The position numbers were made by a program, and so were the translations under genes. This document shows positions 1-11,636 of a stretch of DNA of 64,000 bases, piece by piece. This stretch comes from Octopus bimaculoides (lineage: Eukaryota): the NCBI RefSeq assembly GCF_001194135.2, contig NC_068982.1, positions 131,166,330 to 131,230,329 on the forward strand, in the 5' to 3' direction. Below the pieces are notes generated by a model that searched no databases, was not told the origin of the DNA, and worked only from the letters and a program-made list of their open reading frames with translations. Numbering within the stretch: the stretch's first letter is position 1; each line of letters begins with the position of its first letter.

Positions 1-309
1 ACTATTTGAGCGTGATCATTACCAGCGTCGCCTTACTGGCACTTGTGCCGGTCGCATGTAAAAAACACCATTTGAGCATGGCCGTTGCCAGTACCGCCTG
101 ACTGGCCCTCATGCCAGTGGCATGTAAAAGCACCCACTACACTCTCGGAGTGGTTGGCGTTAGGAAGGGCAACCAGCTGTAGAAACTCTGCCAAATCAGA
201 TTGGAGCCTGGTGCAGCCATCTGATTCGCAGTCCTCAGTCAAATTGTCCAACCCATGCTAGCATGGAAGACGGACGTTAAACGATGATGATGATGATGAT
301 GATGATGAT
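1..309 (+). mobile_element. 3' end of RTE-type retroposon (RTE 3'UTR or RTE-tailed SINE), runs off window start
   Basis: Contains ggttggcgttaggaagggc..cagctgtagaaac and ends ccatgctagcatggaagacggacgttaaac(gat)n. The same tail follows the RTE RT remnant at 50085-50971. Confidence 0.85.
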
Positions 310-311
310 TT

Positions 312-727
312 AAGGTGACAAGCTAGCAGAATAGTTAGCATGGTAAGTGAAATGCATAGTGGTATTTCGTCTGCTGCTATGTTCAGAGTTCAAATTCCAT
401 CGAGGTTAACTTTGCCGTTCATCCTTTCAGGGTCAATCAATTAAGTACTAGTGAAACACTGGGGTCGATGTAATCGACTAGTCCCCTCCCCCAAAATTTC
501 AAGGCCTTGTGCCTTCAGTAGAAAGGATTATTATTATTATCATTATAAGGCAGTGACCTGGCAGTTCGTTAGCACATCGGGTAAAATGCTTAGTGGCATT
601 TGATCCATCTTTACATTCTGAGTTCAAATTCCGCTGAGGTCGACTTTGCTTTTCATCCTTTCTGGGTCGATGTAATCAACTAGCCTCCTTCCCGAAAATT
701 TCAGGCTTTGTGCCTATAGTAGAAAGG

Positions 728-760
<33 letters not shown>

Positions 761-975
761 GTTATTATTATTATCACGACAAGAGGAAGCTGGCTGAATC
801 ATTAGCACATCAGATAAAATACCTAGTAGCATTTCATCCAAATTTATGTTCTGAGTTCAAATTCCACTGAGGTCATCATTGCCTCTCGATCTTTCAGGTA
901 AGTACTGGAGTATTTCCCTTCCCTCAAAAACTGCTGGCCCAATGCCAAAATTTGAAACCATTATTCTTATTATTA
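312..975 (+). mobile_element. Three head-to-tail copies of tRNA-derived SINE family A (about 312-546, 547-776, 781-975)
   Basis: Each copy has a ggc..gagctggcagaa A-box-like head and a gagttcaaattcc B-box and ends in an (att)n tail. Copies 1 and 2 carry the central ctttcatcctt..ggggtc motif; copy 3 is internally shortened. Confidence 0.85.
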
Positions 976-1019
976 CAACAACTCAAAAGCTGTTTCATAT
1001 TGATTTTATTAACAGAGAT

Positions 1020-1450
1020 GTTATCCTGGGGTTTGATGACAATAAGTCTCTTCTAATTTCAAGAATCTTTCTTAGGATTCTTTCAGAATACAGGATGACA
1101 TTTTTCTGCAGGTTTACAATAAGTGTCTCAGTTCTGATATCCTTCAGTCATTTACATAGCAGTTAGGATATAGTGCCAGGTGCATTAGTTACTATAGAAG
1201 CAATTGTAACCTTTGTGTTCCACAATTTCTTCACCCCTCTGGCTAAGTCTTGATATTTCTCACTTTCTTTGATATCCATTCTATCATACAGTACAGCTAA
1301 GTCTATGATCTTACACATCTCCCCACCCTATGATCAAATCTGGTCTCCTTGCTTCAATAATATGGTCAGACTCTATGGGAGAAATTCCATAAGGTCCTGT
1401 AATTATCATTCACCATCACAGATTCTGGTTTATGGTCATAACACTTTTTT
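1020..1450 (-). mobile_element. Decayed R4/Dong-type LINE, C-terminal restriction-like endonuclease remnant
   Basis: Minus strand reads ...PIESDHIIEARRPDLII..., matching the TDHxIEARRPDLV(V) PD-(D/E)xK motif of RLE LINEs. The downstream part has many stops and frameshifts. Confidence 0.6.
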
Positions 1451-1678
1451 TGTCACTTCAGATCCACAAACTTAGCTAACATCCCAATGTACCCTTTTAC
1501 CAACAGTCATGCCTGCAGTGATACTCATTTTTTGTCAGCTTACAGCATTCACTTAAGAGATGGTTAATAGTTTCATCTCCATTTCCAAGGAATGTTTCGT
1601 GGTTAGATCATAATCAAGTAAACCAGCAACCTCACACTCACAAGACACCAGAGAAAGGGAAGAGGGAAGAGGGAAGAG

Positions 1679-1681
<3 letters not shown>

Positions 1682-1751
<70 letters not shown>

Positions 1752-1762
1752 GAGAGAGAGAG
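1682..1762. repeat. (GA)n microsatellite
   Basis: Read directly from the sequence. Confidence 0.95.
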
Positions 1763-3719
1763 AAGGAAGAAAGAGACAAATGAATGTTGTAATCTGAGAA
1801 GAGCAAAAAATGAAAGACAGTACTCAATACTATTATGTAGTGTGGAAAAATATTCAGAGACTCTCATCTCCAATCTTCAGAGGGTTGGAGATGAGAAGAT
1901 TAGAGATGAGAACTCAGACCTATTTTTCCACACTAGAATGGGTTAGATGAATACATTTCATTGGAGTATTGTTTTACAGGGGGATATACTTCCTGTCCCT
2001 AATCTTTACAAATTTTTCAAGAACCGGATTACTTTATACCATGCATCATCGAAAGTGCAAAGCCAGTGGACAATTTGTTAACAAAGAACTGTCAACTAAA
2101 ATCACCAGTTTTAGTGAAATGAAGGATGGAAACATCACACACGCACACACATGACAGGCTTGTAGAGTTTCTGTTTACCAAATTCATTAGCTAGAAATTG
2201 AACAACCTGAGATTATTGTAGATTTTACCTGCCCAAGGTGCAAGTATGTATAAATGAAAAACAAGTCACAGAGGGCATTCAGCCATAAATCAGCCTCAAT
2301 GTAATATATTCCGTAAACCCATGGAAAAATGGAAATAAAGCTAACCAACAAATATAGGACAATGCCCGACACATTAACTATCTGTAACTTTTTCAAGCTA
2401 CATAAATAAAAATACTTAAAGTTGAAGCATATAATACCATTGATTTCGTTGTTGGTCTTTCTATTAGTTTTTGTTAGCCACTGGCACCATGTCACATTTA
2501 AGTCCCAAGTGAACACTCATATACACACTTCATCAATTTTCATGTTATTTGAGAAACAGTCCTTCTATACCTACTTCTAAACATAAATACATATTTGCAC
2601 ATTTTTGTCTTTTTATAAAAAACTACACACACACATACAAATAATATATATATCAAACTATTAATATTCTGTTTTTGCCTCCCAACCACAAAATCTTTTA
2701 TCAATATGGTAATAGTAATTTAAACAAATCCTACTGTCACAGGCAGAAAAATTTGAACCCAGTGCACTTAAATAAATGATGATTAAATGAATACATAAAA
2801 GCTATACAAACAAAAAGTAGAATATTTAAAACAATTGAATTTATATAAAACTGATACAAAAAAAAAGTATAGCAAATGCCAAACTTATTAAAAATAGAAA
2901 TATATCAAATAGTTGCAGACAGTTAAATTTTAGGTTTTTTTTTATATACAACTGCACATGATTTTATTAGAGATATAGAGGTACGAGAGAAAGAGAGAGC
3001 ATAGACTTTGTTTGCAACTCTTTTCTTTACAACTACACTTTGGACTAATTTCATTTTGACATATAACATTATGAATTTAGGTAATCCAGTTTAAACACTT
3101 TATCATTGGTTTCAATTAAAAGAGAAAGCTTTCACCTTTCAAAGAAACTGAAATTATTTATTTTAGTTATGATTCATCAACTCCTATCACTTGAAATGAA
3201 TAAGTGTCAATTTTGATTTTTTTTTTTTTTTTAAAGGAAGATATTATTTTTTAAAGGAAGATAACTATTAATTAAGAACCAACTTATTGAAAATACCAGA
3301 TAGCAAAATATATTTATCTTGGGCTTCATCTTTCTAAGTGCATCATTAAAGAATTTTCATTTCTTCTTTTTTTCCCCCAGCAGAAAAGCAATTACATGCC
3401 AATACTTACAAGAGAACAATTGCTTAAGTTGTCTGTATTTTCCAGAATAATTAATCTCATCTTTTGTATTCCTATCTATATGCCAGAAATGTATTTCTAT
3501 TTAAAACCTAGAAAGTTGACATGAAAATGATTGATTGATTTAAAAAAAAACAACACTTGCTTGCTTCAAATTAAGACCAAAAGCAAAGAATTCAGTGGAA
3601 ATATTGGGGAAAACAAACAAAGCTTCAAGTGAATAACGAAATAATAATAAAATATTTACAGCTTCCAATTTGGTCCCAAAGTTTACAGTGTAAGTCAATA
3701 AAAGATCTTAAAAGTCATC

Positions 3720-4290
3720 ATCATTTTGTATGTCTATGATACCATTTCATGCTGACATAGTCAATTTGTCGTGGTTCTAAGCCAAGTCCTTGCATCCAGA
3801 ATCCTACACTCAAACCTCACCACTTTTACTCATGTCATCTTTCAATCTTCTTCTGTGGACTTTTGTTTTCATTGTTTGACACTTTTCACCCAAATATTCC
3901 CCTCATGCATCATATGTCCATACTAGAGCAGTCTTCTATAATGATACTACTAATGCCGACTTTTATTGTCTGAACATACATCAAGCTCACATTGTACATC
4001 CAACAGAGCATGATTGCCTCATCTCTTTCCAACTTTTGTACACCTTCAACACTCCCTATACAAGCACCAAACAGTATGGCCTTCGCTCATTGACAGAAAC
4101 TCTTTGTGCTGATAGAAGAAATTACACCCAGAACTTTTTCCATCCCATCTTTTAGCTGGTTGTTATACTTTTACCACATCCACCCATACAGCTGATTAGG
4201 GTACCTATGTAGGAGAAGCACTTCTTCAATGCACTCACTACTTGTGACTCCTGCATGTGCCTATGAAATATAAAATCCTTTTCTGTCAGC
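3720..4290 (-). mobile_element. Heavily decayed RTE LINE, RT C-terminal region
   Basis: Minus strand gives remnants such as CFSYIGTLISC and VQKLERDEAIMLCWMYNVS, homologous to LERNEASMLHWMGNVS in the 50.2 kb RTE copy. Confidence 0.7.
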
Positions 4291-4532
4291 CATCCTGTTA
4301 TCTTAAATGCACCCTTTGTATACCCATTGCTTGCTTTAGGTACATATTATAGAGTTCCTACCAACTCCTTTGCTATTGCTTCTCAATTAATAGGAGTGTT
4401 CGGTTCGCTGAGACTTTTGTCGTCTCTTAATTGAACTTTAGGCCAACCGATTACCCTATGTGTGTGTGTGTGTGCGTGTGTGTGTGCACGTATGTCAGTA
4501 TGTGTGTATGTATATATGTATGTATGTATATT

Positions 4533-4738
4533 GTGAAGGTGTGCAGCCTAGTGGTTAGAGTATTCAGCTCATGATTGTAAGGTCATGAGTTCAATTCTTG
4601 ACAGCATATTCTGTCCTTAAGCAAGACATTAGAACTACGTTAATCGTATGCATATCTGTGGAGAGCTCAGCCATTTGCACGTTAATTTCATGAGCTGGAT
4701 CAACTGGAACCCTCACTGTCGTAATTGATGGAGTGCCT
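4533..4738 (+). mobile_element. tRNA-derived SINE (family distinct from A)
   Basis: Head gcctagtggttagagtattcagctcatgattgtaaggtcatgagttcaattc (A box and B box), then ..gtccttaagcaagaca. Confidence 0.6.
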
Positions 4739-4761
4739 TGAAGTGGGACTGAATCTGAAAC

Positions 4762-5621
4762 TACAACTCAAAAGAAACCGGAATTTTGCAATATTATTTT
4801 ATTTACTTAGTTTTACATGTTTACACTTTTATCGCCATCAAATTAATCTCCATTTGAAGCAATGCATTGGCCCAGATGCATTTTTCTAATGTTCAAAGCA
4901 GTCCTTGAACTCTTATGAAGTGATGCCTTTTAATGCCTTCATTGTTTTTTTCTTCATTTCTTCCACATCTGCAAATTCTGTAGCACCAGCTTTCATCACC
5001 AGTGTTGTACCTTTGAAAAAAGGTCTGGATGAACTTCCAACTGTTCTTTCAGTTCACGAAATGCATTCAGTTATGACTGCTTTTGATCTACTGTGAGCAA
5101 GTGAGGCACAAATTTTGCTGTAACTCTTTTCATTCACAATTCCTCACCTAAAATTCATTGGCAGGTGCTCCATGTCACACCAATCATATCAACAAGTTTG
5201 TTAATTGTTCAGCGATGGCCCTCCAAGATCAGTTCATTCGTTTGAGAGGTTGACGGTTGCCCAGAATGAGGTTGGTCTTCAAGAGACAAGTGACCATTCC
5301 TAAAGTGTGAAAACCACTCGTAAACTTGTATTTTGCTCATGACAGCATCCTTGTAAGCTATTTGAATTTTTCCCAGCACAAAACAGAATTTCACAGAAGC
5401 ATGCTGTTCCTTTGTTTCAGCCATCGCAAAAATCAACAAACAGGGAAGAAGCAATGCAAAACAAAGACACACCAAGTGGCAGTACAACATCACCCAATGA
5501 AGCCAGTTGGCAAACTGATGCCTGAGGGTTGCATCAAGTGGCTGCTAAAGGCAGAAGCCAGAACTACAATGAGCTTGTCCAACAGAGAATGTTTCCAGTT
5601 ATTTTTGGGTACCTCCTTGTA
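4762..5621 (-). mobile_element. Internally deleted mariner (DD34D) transposon, transposase pseudogene
   Basis: N-terminal HTH MAETKEQHASVKFCFVLGK..VYEWFSHFRNGHLSLEDQPHSGQPSTS, then KRVTAKFVPHLLTVDQK and TGDESWCY (first catalytic D). This is joined directly to the C-terminus FADVEEMKKKTMKALKGIT. TIR tacaaggaggtacccaaaaataac abuts TA at 5622-5623, with a degenerate partner near 4762-4787. Confidence 0.88.
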
Positions 5622-7387
5622 TATGGTCGCAAAGCTTCAGAGTAAACAACCTGAAGGAAAACAATCACTAACCATAGTTCATCATGAGCTGTTATGAAGC
5701 TAATTCACAGGATCAATTTATAGCTGAAAGTAAATTTAAGCTACTATATAATCAAAAAAGATCCCTCATTACAACTGATGACTGTGTACAGAGATATAAG
5801 GTGACATATTCTTTCTTGATGTATCTGTAGTCACAAGAAAAACCTTCCTAATAAACCAACAGCTGGCTGAAGTTAGAGAACAAGGAAAAATCACTGTTGC
5901 AGTTGCATCCTTATGCATTACTGTCACTATGGTTGTTGCATAGTTACAAAGTAAACTTCTTAAGCACATAGCCACATCTAGACCTATACACACACACACA
6001 CACCTTGAAATAATCACATAAATATCATACTAGTGTATATAAAAAACAATTTGAAATTTTTCTTCTTGTTACCATTATATATTCAACTCACTTTATGTAT
6101 TCCTTTGTCCTTTCTTTATATTATGAATTGTAAATCTCATTCTCTGTAAAAAGAAGGTAGTCTTTGACCAGATTATTTTATTTCTAAGATAGAAAGATCA
6201 GTTAAACATTCTATGTATGAATATCAATATAGACCTTATACATCTTCATTATGTGGGCTTTTGTGCAGAAGTATACTGTAAATAATTATATGCATTCAAA
6301 GCAAATCCTATTACTACTATGATAGTAATCTGCATATATTAAACCTAGAAGATATGAAATTAACTCCTTATCATTGCTTTAACGCCCAGATTTCCTTTAT
6401 AGATATGTATTCATCTGAAAAATTTTGGTGGGGAAATTTATATTTTAACTTCTGAGAAACTGGAGGACAAGTGAAATCGGGAGAAATCAAAAAGAATATG
6501 AAGTACTACATAGATAAATGTGTGAGACACTTGGATTAGTGATCTATGGTAGTCATAAATAAGGTATGTTACTATAGCTGCTTTAGTCTGCTTAGCTGAA
6601 AATATAGGTGTCACTCACATTTCATACCAGAATGGTTAGTAGTAATAAGGAGAGCCAGTTCTTAAGATATTTGCCTCACCATTAGAAAATTTATACTTTT
6701 CAAATGTTAACCTGTCCATCATACTGTCACAGAAAAATGGATATGGAAAATAAATAATACATTAAAAATACACTTAGCAAATAAACTGATCAACAATGTG
6801 AAGTCCAAATGCCATAGAAGTTCACTGGTGGCTTGAATATTAATTGATCTAGTGTAAATGCAGTCAGCTGAAGCAAAAATAATTAAAACTAGTGACAATA
6901 CAACACAATGTAGTTTTCTATTTGAACAAGCAGATATATGTTATATGGTTTCCAAGGAAGCAAGCACCAAACATAACCTGCCATAGGTCAAGTGATCGAT
7001 GTAAAAAGATGAAGATAACTTCAAACCGTAGAAAGCAAAAGGTCACTATCTATGAGTGTACAAGTAAATTGCATTTGAAGAATGGAATGTATGAAATGGA
7101 AGAATGAAGGAGACAATGATGGCCAAGGTGCCCAGAGGAAGTTAGGTAACTGCTTCACAATTAACACCACACAAATGTTTCCTAACAATATTCTTAACAA
7201 CTTCTATCCAAAATATATTTTTTAGCAAGCCAGTAAGGCTTTATCATTAGTATCCAAAATCCAAAGTAGGTATGTGTATTTATCAATGTAGCCATTACCT
7301 TTAACATGAAAGCTCAACTTCAAAATCAGTTGTTATTACAACTAAAGAGAACTTCCATTTGTAATAGAAAATAGTTTGTGTGTGCAT

Positions 7388-7434
<47 letters not shown>

Positions 7435-9787
7435 GCAGTGTGTGTGTGTGTGTGTGTAAAATAAATGAAGTTTTGACTGCTTGGAAATGCATATCTGTTA
7501 TATTTAGCTTTACATACACATTATATTAGAGATATCATATGGAAATTTATGCAAAGAATGTTATCCTCATCACAGGCAATACCCCTGCAAGTTTTTCTAT
7601 ACTGATCTTGGACTATAATCAATTTCTAATAAATTATAGATTGTTAGTTCTACAAAAGCAGAAAGGAAAATGCTGGGATTTTACAATAATAATCTTTTAA
7701 CTCTAAATTCTTTATATCTTAGTCTGCACTTTTATTTACAATAAAAATTCTCTTTTACACCTCCATTTTCATAACTTCATCAAGTATACAATATATATAT
7801 TATACAACATTCATTTTAGAACTATATGCCAATAATCTGCCAAAAATCTAAAAAGATATAGTAATATATTGATTAGTTTCATTAGTGATGAACAAAGTTT
7901 ACATTTGGCAATGGTTTGCAGAGTTGAAGTTGAGAAGAAGAAAAAAAATGGTTTTCTCATGGTCCCTGCTTCATTACATCCAATCTCAGATACTTGCAGT
8001 TGCCAAGCAGTCTATCACATGATTTCTGATTGACTACCATGGTAAGTTCTTGTTTTATATCCTAGGAACATCCTAAGCCACCATTGGCAGTGGTTGCTAC
8101 TAGACACCAATAGTGCTTGTGCTTTGGCAAGCTAGTTTACTCATCTCTAATGGTCTAGAATTAGAGTCTATTTCTGTATAGCTATCCTGATAAGAAAGGT
8201 AAGCCCAGAACATAAGATTATTGACTGTCTCGATATAAGAAGAAGCAAAACAGAAAATAGAGAAAATGGTAATCAGATATTAGCTTTAAATTGTACTAAG
8301 ATTCAGAATCTCCCAATCAAATATATCAATTTTACAAATTAGTTCCTACACAACAATGGTCAATCAAATGAACCAAGTGATTTCAATAATAACATTTACT
8401 CATTTGTTGATCATTTCAGTTCAATTAGATATTAGCAACCACTAAAACATCATCTATACAATACACCATTTGGCTTGAAAACATTACTGTCAGTCGGACA
8501 TCTAGTCAATCGAAATATTCAATCTATTCATATTTTAATAAAACATAGGAAATAGTGAACGAAATTTAAAAGAAAACAAAAATGATCTATAACCAATTAG
8601 CATACTGCTGATAGTTCATCAGAAATGGATACTAAGTTACCATTATGTAGGTCTATCGTAGTATCAAAATGACAAGAATCTTTCAAGAAATTATTCTTCT
8701 TTTTTAAATAAAAATTCTAGGAATTTCCATTTGTCAAAAGAAAAACCAAGCTATTATCCCATTTGAGACTTCCTGGCAAATATCAACAACAACTGTTTTA
8801 AATCCCTAATGGAGTGGGTTTTAAATTTTTTTTTCTATTTTATTTCTCTGACTATTTTTCAATAGAAGTATCACAGACAAACCCACCCATGAAAATCTTT
8901 TCTTAAAAGATTATAATTTTTGTTGCTTTTTTTTTAATCTTTCAAAATTTAAAATATCAGTTTCCCAAGTTTTCTTTTTTCTTTTCTTTTAATCTGAATA
9001 CATGAGTTAAATAGAAAAATCACTTATCTTTATCAAAGATGAGAAAAATAAAATGTTATAAAAGCAAGCAAGATGGTAAAAATTATAAAGAAAACTGTAT
9101 TTGAATCAGTTTAAGAAAATAAAATGATCAAATATTTAATTATAAAGCATTAACTGCAGAGTCAGATTTTCAGGTTATTAATAAGAGATGCCTGTTTCTA
9201 ATTGAGTCATGAAAACCAGAATTAATTAAAGTGTTGTTTTTAACAAGCTTTGTTAAACTATTATTCTCTATAATGATAGACAGTAAGGGAAATCAGATAT
9301 ATGAGGTCTAAGAGAGAAAATGTACATTCCATTATTTTAAGATCAAAAGCTAAAAGTTCAAAACTGACAGATGTCAATTTTGTTTCGACATTTAGCTGTC
9401 AATACTGAAATAGTTAGATGTCAAAATATCACCACCTTTTTTTCTGGTTTTTGCATAGTTAATTAAATTTGCTTAAAAAAAAAGTGGGTAGGATAGCAAG
9501 ATATTCTACTTGATAACACCAGTAATACATAAAACAAAGCTAATAATCAATCAATCATCAACTGTGAAATTTTTTTTTAATTTATACTTAATATAATTGA
9601 TAATTAATGGTGAATAAATTAATAGCACAGATCATTAGGAAATTGGCAATTTTGCCCACTGTTCTTCATGATTACCTTTATGATTACCTTCAATTAATGA
9701 GAACAATATGTTATCTATAGAAGAAAGAAAGGAAAAAAACTATCTGAATTAAGTTACCACCTCAAAGTTAAATGGAAAATTACTATG

Positions 9788-10005
9788 AATAATAATCCTT
9801 TCTGCTATATAACCATATGGCCTGAAGGAAGCAGATAGTTCATAACATTGATCCTAATTCTCAAGTGGTATTTTATTCCATCAACCCCGAGGGAATGAAA
9901 GACAAAGCTGTCTGCAGCAACATTTGTACTCAGAATGTAAAGAACCAAAAGAAATGCTGCAAAGTATTTTGACCTACATGCAAATGATTCTGCCAGCTTG
10001 CCACC
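9788..10005 (-). mobile_element. Diverged SINE family A
   Basis: Reverse complement of the family A head (gattctgccagcttgcc), central motif (tcaaccccgagggaatgaaagacaaag) and tail (aataataatcctttct). Confidence 0.7.
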
Positions 10006-10009
10006 ATAA

Positions 10010-10095
10010 TCATCATCATTTAATGTCCACTTTCCATGCTGGCATGGGTTGGATGGTTTGACAGGGACTGCTCAGCTGGAGGGCTGCCCAGGCCC
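10010..10095 (-). mobile_element. Short 3' end of RTE-tail element
   Basis: catcatcatttaatgtccactttccatgctggcatgggttggatgg is the reverse complement of the RTE tail. Confidence 0.75.
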
Positions 10096-10604
10096 CATAA
10101 TAATAATAAATGTTTTTAAGGCAAAAATAAAACTTAAGATTTTATAAATGTAGCACCTACAGTGAGGCTTTGAAGAAAGAAAATCTGCAAGTGACATTTG
10201 TCATTGTTCATTGAAAGAGGCTGCCGGATGGCTGCTACATTTTTGTAACAGCTTATGTAAACTGGAGTATATTCAGAAATCCTGCAGGATCTTTGCAGCA
10301 GAAGTTAAGCAGGTAATCCTTATGTACTCTAACATTATGCTACAATTTAAAATCCCAATACAAGGCACAATTCATGTAGTACCATTTTCCTTATTATTTC
10401 TGGGTAATATTCAGCTTGAATAAATGGTTCCTAAACAATACTTGTCTCTTTACTCTTACCCAATGAGTTTTGTTTTCAGCTTTGAAAATAAATGGTATAC
10501 ATTCCAGTATTGTAAATAATTGAAGATAAATTACAAGCACATTAGTCTTTATGTTTTAATTGCTTCAATCATTAGACTGGAGCTGAACAAACTTACCCTA
10601 GTAT

Positions 10605-10887
10605 TTAATTTTAAGTTTAGTACTTATTCTATCAGTCTTGTGTCAAACCACTAGATTCATGGAGACATAAACAAACCAACACCACTTGTCAAATGGTGGT
10701 GAAGAAATCACAAAAATACACACACACACATATATAAGGGCTTCGACACAGTTTCTGCCTACCAAATTCACCCACAAGGCATTGATCAGCTTGGGGTAAC
10801 AGTAGAAGACACTTGCCCAAGGTTCCACACAGTGGGACTGAATCCAAAACCATGTTACAACGCAAGCTTCTTAACCACACAGCCATG
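10605..10887 (-). mobile_element. SINE family B (CORE-like, accttgggcaagt motif)
   Basis: Contains agaagacacttgcccaaggt and gaaactgtgtcgaagcc (read on the minus strand). The accttgggcaagt motif resembles the MIR/CORE domain. A tRNA-like head lies at the right end. Confidence 0.75.
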
Positions 10888-11298
10888 TTGAATGTATGTT
10901 TAAACTATATTTGAAAGAGAATCAAGCGTAATTGAGCAGCAAAGATCAAATATAGGTTCCTACATATAAAACTGCATATATAATTAAACACACACAATCT
11001 TCCTTTTATGTCCACTTTCCATACTGGAATGAGTTGGATGGGTCATTACAGTCCAATATCTTTATTTGGTGCTATGGCCTTCCTAAATGAGATGCAGGAC
11101 CACATCTCATTCATGTTCTACATGCTTTTTAGATTCCCTTGTTAAGACTGCTCAATTGACAGAATGTACTGGGGAAATTTTATCACCATACCAGAACCAG
11201 TGAAGTAGCTTTGAATGCCACAAGACTAAAGAGTCCTTACTATCCTACATTGTTTCTATTCATCAAGGTAAGGTGATCGAAGGGCAAATTGAACAGCT

Positions 11299-11636
11299 TA
11301 TATATATATATGGTGGTTGTCTACTCCTTATGCAGAGTTTGACCACTTCCTGTACCTACACCTTAGAACCAGCATGGCATCTGATGTGGCTTTTTAAACC
11401 AGAGAAGGTTTTGAAAAGACACCCACATAGATTGCATATCTGATTTGGACCACCAAGAGCTGCAGTTAAGTTCTGATCTTTGTGGATCTTAAAATGCCTT
11501 TTGAGGCCTTCGTTAGATTTGCAGACCTTCCAGCATATATTGCATTGAAAGGTGTGCACAGACATATAGGCAGAATATATACCGTCATTGGTACTCCTAC
11601 TACCATCAACCCTGCTGCAGCTGATGATATTTTCTA
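11299..11636 (-). mobile_element. Two-finger C2H2 ORF segment followed by a (TA)n tail; probable LINE 3' end, alternatively a terminal exon
   Basis: CNICWKVCKSNEGLKRHFKIH and CNLCGCLFKTFSGLKSHIRCH are both exact C-x2-C-x12-H-x3-H. There is no TGEKP linker. Stop at 11356-11358, then ...gagacaaccacc(at)n about 45 nt later. Confidence 0.55.

Noticed and set aside
33-251. 72-aa ORF and its near twin within the 19464-20027 ORF (GCTRLQSDLAEFLQLDALPNANHS..)
   Set aside because: Antisense reading of the RTE 3'UTR repeat. The similarity reflects repeat copies, not a gene family.
312-420. tRNA-like A/B boxes here and in other SINE heads
   Set aside because: No complete cloverleaf; they continue into SINE bodies, so they are not tRNA genes.
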